A model generated the notes under the pieces. The model was not told where the DNA came from and ran no database searches. It saw nothing but the letters and a program-made list of their open reading frames with translations. Shown here piece after piece: positions 32,689-42,619 of a DNA stretch of 64,000 nt. The stretch is from an uncultured Chloroflexia bacterium (lineage in GTDB: Bacteria; Chloroflexota; Limnocylindria; Limnocylindrales; CSP1-4): the NCBI GenBank assembly GCA_963828165.1, contig CAWHDR010000001.1, positions 1,024,001 to 1,088,000 on the forward strand, written 5' to 3'. The position numbers were made by a program, and so were the translations under genes. The first letter of the stretch is position 1; each line of letters starts with the position of its first letter.

Positions 32689-33171
32689 TCAGCCGCCCTT
32701 GTAGATGAACTGCAGGAACGCGTTGCGCTTGCGCGCGTCGCCCGCCAGGCGTCGATGCCACTTGAACTGGGCGATCGCTTCGTCGATGGGCACGTCCGCC
32801 GCGGCGGCCATGCCGGGGGCCACGGCACCACCGATGGCCGCGCGGAGGCCCTCGCACAGGCTGATCAGGTCGTCGAGCGGGACACGCTTGCGGCGATACA
32901 TCGGCGAGGTCCAGTCGGCGTACTCGCGGGCGGCGGACGGGTCGTTTGCCGCGACCGACGCAGCGATCCGCTCGGCGAGGAGCTCGGCGTCCCGGAGGCG
33001 CTGTCGGAGCCCGATCTCGTCGTAGCGCTCGCGCAGCGTGGGATCGCGCTCGATCGCGACCGCCAGGGCTCGGGCGGCCAGCTGCGGGGCGCCCTCCCGG
33101 ATCCGTCGGGCGACGTCCGCCCACGCGGTATCCGCGTCGCGCGGAGCAAGGCCGAGGCTTGGGTGGCTCAC
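32689..33171 (-). CDS. Hypothetical all-helical protein, possibly globin/phycobiliprotein-like fold
   Basis: RERYDEIGLRQRLRD...ANDP...EYADW...RRKRVPLDDL pattern; leaderless -10 TAGACT. Confidence 0.6.
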   Translation of the reverse strand: MSHPSLGLAPRDADTAWADVARRIREGAPQLAARALAVAIERDPTLRERYDEIGLRQRLRDAELLAERIAASVAANDPSAAREYADWTSPMYRRKRVPLDDLISLCEGLRAAIGGAVAPGMAAAADVPIDEAIAQFKWHRRLAGDARKRNAFLQFIYKGG

Positions 33172-33254
33172 GATCGGGAGTCTAGCGCCCGGCCGGAAGC
33201 GGCGCCACGGGCTGTGCATCGGTTCTGTGGCCCATTGAGGCTAGGATGCGTTCC

Positions 33255-33788
33255 GTGACCGACCCGCCGCGACCGCCCGGACCCGAAGGACCGCCCAAGG
33301 TCGCGGGTGAACGACGTTTGCCACGTGCGCCCTCCGAGCGCTACGGCACGTCGCAGGCGCCCCGATCCCCAGCCGCCGCTGATAGGCCTCCGGGCTGGTC
33401 GCCTGAAACGCCGACGGGCCATTCGGCAACGCGGGGAGTTGCCTTCGGGGCCATCGTCGCGCTCGTTGGCGCCGCGCTGATCGTCGTCTTCGGTGGGGCG
33501 CTCGCGGTCTCCGCCGGGTTGCTGGTCGTGGCCTCCGGTGTCGGATACGCCGTCGGGCTGGCAACGGTGATCGGGGCCGATGGCACGCTGTCGACGGGCA
33601 CGCGGGCTTGGATCGCTGCCGCCCTGGCGGCCCTCGGCGTCCTGCTCGGTCAGATCGGGCTGTGGCTGTTCGCCAGGGCGGAAGGCGGCGTCCTGGCCCC
33701 GATCGACTACCTGGGCCAGACCTTCGGTCCGCTCGTGCCGGTGGAGGTGCTCCTGGGCGCGGCCGTCGCCTGGTGGCGCGCCCGGTGA
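33255..33788 (+). CDS. Hypothetical membrane protein (4 TM)
   Basis: Hydrophobic segments; TAGGAT 7 nt before GTG 33255. Confidence 0.65.
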   Translation: MTDPPRPPGPEGPPKVAGERRLPRAPSERYGTSQAPRSPAAADRPPGWSPETPTGHSATRGVAFGAIVALVGAALIVVFGGALAVSAGLLVVASGVGYAVGLATVIGADGTLSTGTRAWIAAALAALGVLLGQIGLWLFARAEGGVLAPIDYLGQTFGPLVPVEVLLGAAVAWWRAR

Positions 33789-34300
33789 CGTCGAGTGAGG
33801 ACCGTGCGGACCCCGGCGATCTGACCTTCCGGCGTCCGACCGAGGCGGACCATCGGCGCGTCGTCGACGTCATCGATCACTGGTGGGGGGAGCGACGGAT
33901 GCGCCACCTCTTGCCGCGACTGTGGCTCGAGCACTTCAGCGGCACGTCCTGGCTCGTCGAACACGGGGATGGCCGGCTTGCCGGGTTCGTGGTCGCCTTC
34001 GTGAGCCAGGACCATCCGGAGACGGGCTATGTCCACATGATCGCCGCGGAACCGAACCGTCGGCGCCGCGGGTTGGGCCGTGCCCTATACGAACGCACCT
34101 TCGCCGATCTCTCTGCGCGCGGCGTCCGCCGTGTGCAGGCCGTGACGTGGCCGGGCAATCGGACGTCGATCGCGTTCCACCGGGCGCTCGGCTTTCGCGT
34201 GGACGACGGACCCGACACGCAGCGGCTGTACGGCACGCCCGCGCACGCCGACCACGATGGCCCGGACGAGGATCGCGTGGTGTTCACCCGCGACCTCTAG
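33785..34300 (+). CDS. GNAT N-acetyltransferase
   Basis: RRRRGLGRALY acetyl-CoA motif, NRTSIAFHRALGF; GTGA overlap. Confidence 0.88.
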   Translation: MTSSEDRADPGDLTFRRPTEADHRRVVDVIDHWWGERRMRHLLPRLWLEHFSGTSWLVEHGDGRLAGFVVAFVSQDHPETGYVHMIAAEPNRRRRGLGRALYERTFADLSARGVRRVQAVTWPGNRTSIAFHRALGFRVDDGPDTQRLYGTPAHADHDGPDEDRVVFTRDL

Positions 34301-34427
34301 GGCCCTCGATGCCAGGCCCGCGGAACCAGGCGACCGATCGAGCCGGGAACCGATCCTGTCCACGTGGTGTAGATGGTTCGATCCGGACGAGCTGCTGCCT
34401 CGTCCCCCTGCCTGGAGGAACCCGACG

Positions 34428-35174
34428 ATGATCCGCCGACTCGCCGCCACCCTTGCCGCGCTCGCGCTGCTGCTCGCCCTGGCCGGTCCTGCCCTCGCCG
34501 GCGGCTCGGCGGAAATCGTAGTCGACGCACAGACGGTCGAACCGCCCGTCGAGGGCAAGCCGCTCGTGGTCGGCTTCCGCGTCATGCAGCACGGTGAGAC
34601 CCCCGCGCCGTGGGAGACCGCGACCGTGCATTTCATCAACACCTCGACCGGCAAGACCTTGGACGTCGTCGCGACCAACGACCGCCCGGATGGCCACTTC
34701 ACGGCCACCGCCACGCTGCCCGAGGCGGGCTACTGGAGCTGGCAGGTCACGCTCCAGGACCTCGTGAGCGAACACACGCCGGTGAGCTTCGCGGTGTCCA
34801 CCGCCGGGGGCGAGGTCCCGCCTTATGACCCCGCCACGACCGCCACGGCGATCGCGCAGGCCAAGAAGGACGTGAGTGCGGAGCTGAGCACGCAGTTCCA
34901 GGGCGAGATCCAGCGGCTTGACGGCCTGCTCCTCGCGCAGCAAACCCGAAGCGACCGCCTGCTCGCCCAGACGAACGAGATCATCGCCGAGCGCGACGAG
35001 TTCGCGACTCGTCTCGCCGAGGCCGAGGGAGCCGGTGGGCTGCCGATCCTCGCCATCCTCACGCTGGCGGGGCTCGCCGGCGCGACGGCCGGGTTCGCGA
35101 TGTCGTGGCTCGCCGGCCGGCCGAGCCCGAAGGTCGTGGTCAGCCCAGCTCCGCGAGGAGCCGACCCGGCGTGA
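34428..35174 (+). CDS. Exported Ig-like (YtkA/FixH-like) + coiled-coil protein with C-terminal TM anchor
   Basis: GGAGG SD, signal peptide ALA|GG, GHFTATATLPEAGYWSW, C-terminal TM. Confidence 0.65.
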   Translation: MIRRLAATLAALALLLALAGPALAGGSAEIVVDAQTVEPPVEGKPLVVGFRVMQHGETPAPWETATVHFINTSTGKTLDVVATNDRPDGHFTATATLPEAGYWSWQVTLQDLVSEHTPVSFAVSTAGGEVPPYDPATTATAIAQAKKDVSAELSTQFQGEIQRLDGLLLAQQTRSDRLLAQTNEIIAERDEFATRLAEAEGAGGLPILAILTLAGLAGATAGFAMSWLAGRPSPKVVVSPAPRGADPA

Positions 35175-36423
35175 TCTGCTCGTGGAGGAGGCGGCCGAAC
35201 CGCGCGATCCGCTCCGGCGCCGGGGCCGCCTCCACCCATCGACGAACCAGCGCTTCGCCCTCGTTGTAGACGAAGACATACGTCCGCCAGAGGGGATGCT
35301 CGATGAACTCGAGCAGCTTGGTGGCTACCTTCGGCGTGTACCCGCCGACGTCCTGCAGATAGGCCAGGACCTCGTCGTGGGATGCGCCGTCGGCGTGCCG
35401 CATCAGGGCGGCGTTGCCACGGCTTGCGGCCAGTCGATGTCGCGGTCCTTCCAGAGCGACGGCTCGCTCCGCAGTCTCCTGCGCTTCCCGGGGATCGGCC
35501 GAGACCGCCAGCCCGGCCCGCTCGAACAGCTCCAGCAGGAGGCCCGCTCGCTCGTCGTGGGGAGCGGCGAATGAGGGCCCGAGATCGGCGAGGCCCTCAC
35601 TGATCGGGCATTCGGGTGTGTTGATCAACAGCATCGAGCTCTCCAGCCGGCCCTGACCATCCACGAGGTCGGCCTCCTTCCAGACATGCTCGAAATGGTG
35701 GCCCGGGTAGGTCTCGTGGGCGATCAGCGTGATGAAATCCGGGGCGCGGACCGGCAGGTCGGTGTTGACGTCGACCCGCGAGCGCCGCCCGCCGTCGTAC
35801 CAGTTGTAGCCGGACCACGGCTGACCGGTGACGGTCGAGACGCGCAGGTCCTCGCCGTCGGGGAGGCCGAAGTCGCGTCGGGCGCGGTCGCGGAACCGCG
35901 CCACGAGCCAGTCGATGACGTCGGGCAGCCGATCGACCGGGATCTCCAGGGTCCGGTCCCACGCCGCCAGACGTTCGTGCCGCGGCCCCTCCCCCGGGAG
36001 CAACGCATCCACCGCCGCGAGCGCCTCCCGAAAGCCATCGTCGTCGTGACGCGGCGGCTCGAAGCCGAGACACAGCGCGACATGGTCGGCGTACGGCAGC
36101 GGCTCGCCATCGAGCGCCTGCGCGTGCGCCGCGAGCGCCCGGACCTGCGCGATGAGCCAATCGCGACGCTCGGGCTCCGCGACCTCCGTCCCGATCCGTG
36201 CCGTCAGCCCGGCGGCGTCCTCGCGAAGCCGCGTAGCGGCTCGGAACTGCTCCGTGTCGACGCGGGCCTTGAGCTCGGCCGGCCCGTAGTAGCCATCGAC
36301 GAGCCCCGGGATGCGCTGGCCCAGCCGCAACCCGAGCAGGAGGTAGTCCTCGGCGATCGGATCCGGCGCCGGCACCTGCCGAGTGCCACCGACCGCGGCG
36401 ACGGGGGTCCCGGGGACGCTCAC
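35140..36423 (-). CDS. DUF885-like putative zinc metallopeptidase
   Basis: GLVDGYYGP, HETYPGHH, ISEGLAD, YVFVYNEG; GTGA-coupled to upstream gene. Confidence 0.75.
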   Translation of the reverse strand: MSVPGTPVAAVGGTRQVPAPDPIAEDYLLLGLRLGQRIPGLVDGYYGPAELKARVDTEQFRAATRLREDAAGLTARIGTEVAEPERRDWLIAQVRALAAHAQALDGEPLPYADHVALCLGFEPPRHDDDGFREALAAVDALLPGEGPRHERLAAWDRTLEIPVDRLPDVIDWLVARFRDRARRDFGLPDGEDLRVSTVTGQPWSGYNWYDGGRRSRVDVNTDLPVRAPDFITLIAHETYPGHHFEHVWKEADLVDGQGRLESSMLLINTPECPISEGLADLGPSFAAPHDERAGLLLELFERAGLAVSADPREAQETAERAVALEGPRHRLAASRGNAALMRHADGASHDEVLAYLQDVGGYTPKVATKLLEFIEHPLWRTYVFVYNEGEALVRRWVEAAPAPERIARFGRLLHEQITPGRLLAELG

Positions 36424-36950
36424 CGCTCCATCCGGTCCGGGCGTGGAGCACGCCGCTCCCCGTGGTCTCGATGCGTCTCGGCACGGCGGCGCGCCTCGGC
36501 GAGGCGGTCGGCGAGGGTCGGGTCGGCCGGGAGGCCGCTGCGATCGGGAGCGCGGTCCGGTGCTCGGTCGGGGCTGGACTCCTTGGACGGTACGGCCGAC
36601 GCGGCTTCCCCCTGGCCCAGCCCGCCTCCGGTCTCGCCCACGAATGGCATGTGCTGCCGATCGACGGCGTCCAGGCTCATCCGCAGGGCCGCCGTCTTCT
36701 GCGTCGCGACCTCGCGGACGTAGGCGGTTTCCTCGTCGGTATCCATGGGCCGACCGCGAACGATGCCCTTGGGCTTGCCGACCATCAGCCACGCCAGGTG
36801 GTAGCGGTCCATGCTGCCCCACGCTCGCGACAGCAGATCGTCCGACAGCTGGAGCCAGGTCTGGAGCGCGCCCATCGACGGCGCGGCGACGAGCCGGTCA
36901 CCTTCCGCGATCAGCTGGCGCGTCCGGTCGATGAGCTCGTCGCGGGTCAC
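36420..36950 (-). CDS. Hypothetical protein
   Basis: ORF between pabC and the DUF885-like gene with coupled ends; WGSMDRYHLAWL. Confidence 0.6.
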   Translation of the reverse strand: MTRDELIDRTRQLIAEGDRLVAAPSMGALQTWLQLSDDLLSRAWGSMDRYHLAWLMVGKPKGIVRGRPMDTDEETAYVREVATQKTAALRMSLDAVDRQHMPFVGETGGGLGQGEAASAVPSKESSPDRAPDRAPDRSGLPADPTLADRLAEARRRAETHRDHGERRAPRPDRMER

Positions 36951-36954
36951 GTTG

Positions 36955-37873
36955 TCACGCCGGGCCGTCGCCATGGATCATGGCCTCGCGGGCCGTGCGG
37001 GCGCGCAGCGTCCATGGCCCCGGCAGGCCATCCCCGATCGGTGCCCCCTCGAACGACGTGACCGGCAGGATCCCGGCCACGCTCGACGACAGGAAGGCCT
37101 CGCGGGCAGCCGCGAGATCGGCCCGGGTGAGCGCGCCCTCGAACGGGCGCAGCCCGACCCTCGCACCCCAGTCCAGCAGCCAGGATCGGGTGGTGCCCGG
37201 CAGGATCGCGCAATCGAGCGACGGCGTGGCGAGCTCCAGCGCCTCGCCACCGGCAGCGCGCACCAGGAAGATGTTGGCCGACGTCCCCTCGGACAGGCGG
37301 TCGTCCACGGTCAGGAAGAGGGCATCGTCCGCACCCGCGCGGCGCGCCTCGAGTCGCGCGTAGACGTACTCGGCGCGGGATGTCGTCTTGAGCGTCGCGA
37401 GTGGGTTCTGGGGGTCCCGTCGGACCGCCGAGGCGACGAGGTGCAGGCCGCGCCCCAGGTGGGCATCCGGCACCTGGGCGACGGGCCAGGCCTGGATGAC
37501 GATGGTCGCTGGGACGCTCTCGTCGGGTGGGAGCACGCCCCGCGACCGGATAGGCCCCCCGCGAGACCGTGATCCGGATCGACGCGTCAGCGTCCGGCCG
37601 ATCCAGGCCATCCGCGGCAAGCAGGGTCCCGATCCCGTCTGCGACGACGGCATCGAGATCCGGGGGCAGATCGATATCGAGCCCTTCCGCAGATCGATGG
37701 AGGCGGGCGAGATGCTCGGGCAGCTCGGTCGACCGCCCGCCGGTGGCTCGGAGCGTCTCGAAGATCCCGTCGCCGAGCTGGAAACCGCGATCGAACGCCG
37801 ACAGGTGACGCGCCGTCGCCGGCAGGAGCTCACCGTCGACCCAGACATGCGCTCGGTCGCGAGCGTCGCTCAA
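36955..37873 (-). CDS. pabC: Class IV aminotransferase / 4-amino-4-deoxychorismate lyase (frameshift ~37555)
   Basis: DRGFQLGDGIFETL, LKTTSR, EGTSAN, ILPGTTR. Confidence 0.75.
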
Positions 37874-39378
37874 TCGACCTCCTCGCCGCCGATCGCGCCG
37901 AGCGGCCCGCGCGCCTTGTCCACGGTCTCGTCCCACTCGGCGGCCGGATCGCTGCCCCACGTGATGCCACCACCGACATGGAGCGTCAGCCGCCGACCGT
38001 CCGCGACGAACGTTCGGATGAGGATGCTCGTCTGCATCGCCCCGTCCGGCCCGATCCAGCCGAGCGCTCCCGTGTACGGCCCGCGCCGCACCGGCTCGAG
38101 GCCCTCGAGGATCTCCATGGCGCGGATCTTCGGGGCCCCGGTGATCGAGCCGCCCGGAAAGCTCGCCGCCAGCAGGTCGAACGCGTCACGGCCGGAGGCC
38201 AGACGGCCGGTCACCGTCGAGACGAGGTGCTGCACGGCAGCGGTGCGCTCCAGGCGGCACAGCCGCGGGACCCGGACGGTGCCGGGCTCGCACACGCGTC
38301 CCAGGTCGTTTCGCAGGACGTCGACGATCATCACGTTCTCGGCACGGTCCTTCGCGCTGGAGAGCAGCTCGCACGCCAGCCGGCGGTCTTCTGCGCGGTC
38401 GCGACCCCGGGGCCGCGTGCCCTTGATCGGGATCCGATGGCGACCAGGCCGTGCGAGTCGACCGAGAGGAACGGCTCCGGCGAGGCCGACAGGAGGGCCC
38501 GTGGCCGGCCGGTCTCCTGCGACGGCCCGAGATCAAGGTAGGCGGAGAACAGCGACGGATCGCCGGTGCGCAGGCGGCGGTACTCGCCCCAGGGGTCGCC
38601 CGAATACGGCGTCTCCAGCCGGCGTGTCAGGTTGGCCTGGTAGAGGTCGCCGAGCGCGATGTGGTCACGGATCCGCTCCACGCCGGCCTCGTACTGCGCG
38701 CGCGACAGGGACGATCGGAAGCGGAGGCCCTCGCCAGCGCGTGGGTCCGCATCGACGGCGGCGCTGGCGGTCGCGTTGGACGTCGCGGCCGTCGATGCGG
38801 CCGTCATGGCGGACAGCCACGCCGCGGACCTCTGCCCAGTCGGACTCGTCAGCCGTGCGTGGACGTCATCCAGACGCCGGGCGAGCCGTCGACCGTCGCC
38901 GTCCAGGGCACGACCGCCCAGCCACGCGTGGCCGGTCCGTCGATCCCAGGCGACCACCCAATCGTGCAGAGCCAGGCGGAGCGGCGGCAGACCCTGGTCG
39001 TCCTCCGCGACGGAGGGCAGGCGCTCCAGCACGTGACCAAGGTCGTACCCGAGGAAGCCCGACGAGCCCGCCCAGGAACCGGGGGGCATCGGCCGGGACG
39101 ACGGGCGTCGGGTCCAGCCGCGCCAGGAGGCGTCGAGCCACGGCGAACGGGTCCGGCCCGGCAGCGGGCGCTTCGAGCACGGCCACTGGATCTGCGGTCA
39201 TGTAGGTCCAGCGAGCGTTCCGGCCGGGCCGGGCGCTCTCGAGCAGGGCCAGGCCGGGCAGGTCGCGGAAGGCCTCGGCAGCGTCGATGGATCGCGTGTT
39301 CGCGATCCGCTCGGGCAGGCGACGCAACCGGAGCGGGGCCGTGGGCGAACCGGAAAGGTTGGGGCCGACGGGGATCAC
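37870..39378 (-). CDS. pabB: Aminodeoxychorismate synthase component I (frameshifts ~38430, ~39065)
   Basis: LLES, YQANL, SASPE, PIKGT, MIVDVLRNDL, FPGGSITGAPK. Confidence 0.85.
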
Positions 39379-39459
39379 CCGCGGATGATACGGCGGGTCG
39401 AAGCCATCAACGGTCGGAACGTCGACAGCAGAGGGGCGCAGGTTCGCTACAGTCCGCTC

Positions 39460-40580
39460 ATGCGAGCACGAGACCTGGGGATCCGGATCGGGCTGGGGAG
39501 GCCTGGCCCAAACAACGCCATCACCGACGTCGCGGGGGTGACCGTCGGCCATACGACGCTGATCCGCGGCGACGGACCGCTGGTCGTGGGCCAAGGGCCC
39601 GTGCGGACCGGCGTCACCGTCGTCTGCCCACGGGGCACGGCCCGGGCGCGAGCCGGTGTTCGCGGGCTGCGCACCGGCTCAACGGCAACGGCGAGCTGAC
39701 CGGGCTCGAGTGGGTCCGCGAATCGGGCATGCTGACGACGCCGATCGCGATCACGAACACGCATAGCGTCGGGGTCGTGCGAGACGCCCTCGTTGCGGCA
39801 TCGATCGACGGTGACGACGCATCGTGGTCGCTGCCGGTCGTCGGCGAGACGTTCGACGGGCTGCTCAACGACATGAACGGCTTCCACGTGCGGGCGGAGC
39901 ATCTGCACGCGGCGCTGGCTGCCGCCGCGGGCGGCGCGGTCGAGGAAGGCGCGGTCGGTGGCGGCACCGGGATGGTCTGCCACGAGTTCAAGGGCGGGAT
40001 CGGGACGGCATCGCGTGTGATCGACGAAGCCGCCGGCGGCTTCACGGTCGGTGTCCTCGTCCAGGCGAACTACGGCAAGCGCGACTGGCTGCGGATCGAT
40101 GGCGTGCGCGTCGGCGAGGCGATCCCGACCACGGAGGTGCCGAGCCCATATGACCAGGTCGGGCGACCGCGCTCCGCGCCGCCGCCGGGCTCCGGCTCGA
40201 TCATCGTCGTCGTCGCGACCGACGCACCGCTCCTGCCCCACCAGTGTGAGCGGCTGGCCCAGCGAGCCGGGCTCGGGATCGCCCGTGTCGGCGGCACCGG
40301 CGGGCACACGAGCGGCGACCTGTTCATCGCCTTCGCCACCGGCAATCGATTGCCGTCCACCGTGGACGATGAGCATCCGTCGGGCTACGGCACGTACGAC
40401 GTCCGGGCCGTCGGCGACATCGTGATCGATCGGCTGTTCGACGCGACGATCGAGGCGACCGAGGAGGCGATCGTCAACGCGCTCGTCGCCGCCACGACGG
40501 TCGTGGGGCGCGACGGCAACACGGCCCACGCCCTCCCACACGATCGATTGCGCGAGGTCATGACCGCGAACGGCCGATGA
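39460..40580 (+). CDS. DmpA/P1 family aminopeptidase (frameshift ~39650)
   Basis: NAITDVAGV, RTGVT, KGGIGTASR, G|SIIVVVATDAP autocleavage site. Confidence 0.88.
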
Positions 40581-40975
40581 GTGTCCGGCCCGGTCGGACG
40601 GGCGATATCCGGGCCATGGCCGCCATCCTCGCAGCGAACGAAAAGCCGATCGACTGGCCGGACCGACCGGAGCTGGGTTGGCCGTATCTGGACCACCTTG
40701 TCGCGCGGACTCGAACGAACGTCGCGCAGGTCGATGGCGAGCTCGTCGTGGCGGTGGTCGCGGTCGGCTGGGCCCGGCGCGAGCGCAAACGGCGGACGGA
40801 CGGTGGCTGGACGACGCGTCGCTGGCCCCGGATGGCGCCCGTGCCAGGACCGCATCCGGTCGTCGCACCCCTGCTGGAGCGAGGGGCTCGGATCCGCGGG
40901 CGAGACCAGTACGGTGCGACCGATCCTTCGCTCGCGGACCCAGTCCGCCTGTTCCCGAACCAGGGCTTCCTGTAG
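40577..40975 (+). pseudogene. Probable internally deleted GNAT-like gene
   Basis: GNAT-like N-terminus (VRP...DI.AM...VAQVDGELV) joined to a C-terminal PGPHP...LL.RG segment; only 132 aa. Confidence 0.4.
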
Positions 40976-41007
40976 GTGTCGATCGACGAGATCGACGGAC
41001 GCGCCGC

Positions 41008-41871
41008 CTACTCCGCAGCCACCGCGACCGGCTTCTCGATCGGCACGCCGATGAGGCTGCCGTACTCGGTCCACGAGCCGTCGTAGTTGCGGACCCGCTC
41101 GTAGCCGAGCAGCTCGTGCAGCACGAACCAGCTGTGCGACGACCGCTCGCCGATGCGGCAGTAGGCGATGACGTCCTTGTCCGGGGTGATGCCCTTGCTC
41201 TCGTACAGTGTTCGGAGTTCCTCGGCGTCCTTGAACGTGCCGTCCTCCTTGACGGTCTGGGCCCACGGGATCGACGCCGCGCCCGGGATGCGACCGGGAC
41301 GCTGGGCGGTCTCGCTCATGCCGGGCGGCGCGATGATCTCGCCGTTGAACTCGGCCGGCGAACGGACGTCGACGAGCGCGAGCTCGGCGTCGCCGAGACG
41401 CGGCAGGATGTCGTCGCGGTAGGCGCGCAGCGAGAAGTCGGCCTCGGGCAGCTCGTAGCCCGTCGCGTCGTAGGACGGGACGTCCGTCGACAGCGGCAGG
41501 CCGTTGTCCAGCCAGAACTTGCGCCCGCCGTTGAGGATGCGGACGTCGTCGTGGCCGTACAGCTTGAGCTGCCAGTACGCCCACGCGGCGAACCAGTTGT
41601 TGTTGTCGCCGTAGAGGACGATCGTGGTGTCGGGGCCGATGCCGGACTCTGACAGCAGCTTGCTGAAGTCCTCGCGCGACGCGATGTCGCGGCGGATGCC
41701 GTCCGCCAGCTGGCTGGTCCAGTTCCAGGCGACGGCGCCGGGGATGTGGCTCTGCTCGTAGGCCGTCGTGTCGACATCGACCTCGACGAATCGGACGCTC
41801 GGGTCGTTCGCATGCGCCTGTGCCCAGTCGGCGTCGACGAGGGCGTTCTCGGTGGCGTAGTCGGTGGTCAT
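41008..41871 (-). CDS. Tandem-domain rhodanese / thiosulfate sulfurtransferase (CysA/SseA-like)
   Basis: HIPGA, DVRSPAEF, YCRIGERS, YDGSWTEY. Confidence 0.93.
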   Translation of the reverse strand: MTTDYATENALVDADWAQAHANDPSVRFVEVDVDTTAYEQSHIPGAVAWNWTSQLADGIRRDIASREDFSKLLSESGIGPDTTIVLYGDNNNWFAAWAYWQLKLYGHDDVRILNGGRKFWLDNGLPLSTDVPSYDATGYELPEADFSLRAYRDDILPRLGDAELALVDVRSPAEFNGEIIAPPGMSETAQRPGRIPGAASIPWAQTVKEDGTFKDAEELRTLYESKGITPDKDVIAYCRIGERSSHSWFVLHELLGYERVRNYDGSWTEYGSLIGVPIEKPVAVAAE

Positions 41872-41934
41872 CCTGGGATCCCTTCCTGTGCAGGTGGAGT
41901 TGTGCGTCGCAGCGGCTGGGTCGCGGCTTCTGAG

Positions 41935-42386
41935 TCAGTCGCCCGACGGTCGGTCGCGTCGGCTGAACTCGGCAAGCCGCTCGGTACAGTCGGCCGCGAC
42001 CCGCTGCGCCTGGCGCACGATCCAAGGATCGACCCGGCTCGAGTCCTCGATGGTCAGGATCGGTCCGCTCGGTCCGTCCTCGACGACGATGCCGGAGCTG
42101 TTGCGGTAATCGGCCATCCAGTTCGCCTGGAGCTGGAGGGCGACGCGGCGACGACCGGAACGGGGAACAGCCAGTCGAGATAGCTGGCGTTCAGCCGATC
42201 GGCGAGGTCGGCCAGCCGGAGCGGTCGTCCGCGCTCGACGCGCGCGAGGAGATCGATGACCCGGATGGCCGTGAACGGATCGCCGGTCTCGCCGACGTTC
42301 GGCGGATCGATCGCCGGGTCGGGCAGGCCGGGTGGGGCCGGGCGCAGGGGACCGAGGCCGATGGTGACGGAAGGCGCGTCGGTCAC
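41935..42386 (-). CDS. Hypothetical, possibly winged-helix protein (frameshift ~42148)
   Basis: Two ORF halves join as ...RLADLADRLNASYLDWLF...ALQLQANWMADYR... Confidence 0.55.
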
Positions 42387-42619
42387 GAGCGATGGAACTC
42401 CGAGTCGATCAGTAGGGGTTGCCGAGTCTAGCAAAGGCGGCATGAACGGGCCACGCCCGCGTCGCTGGGCTGCCCGCTGACAGCCAACGAACCTTCACCT
42501 ACCGCCCACCCTGCCCGCAACCGTTCTGGGGCATCCTTCCCGATGCCGGACAGTCGTCCGGTGCCGCCGCGCGGCTGCGCGCGGTCGACCGTCGCTACCG
42601 CACGAGCAAGATGCCACCG

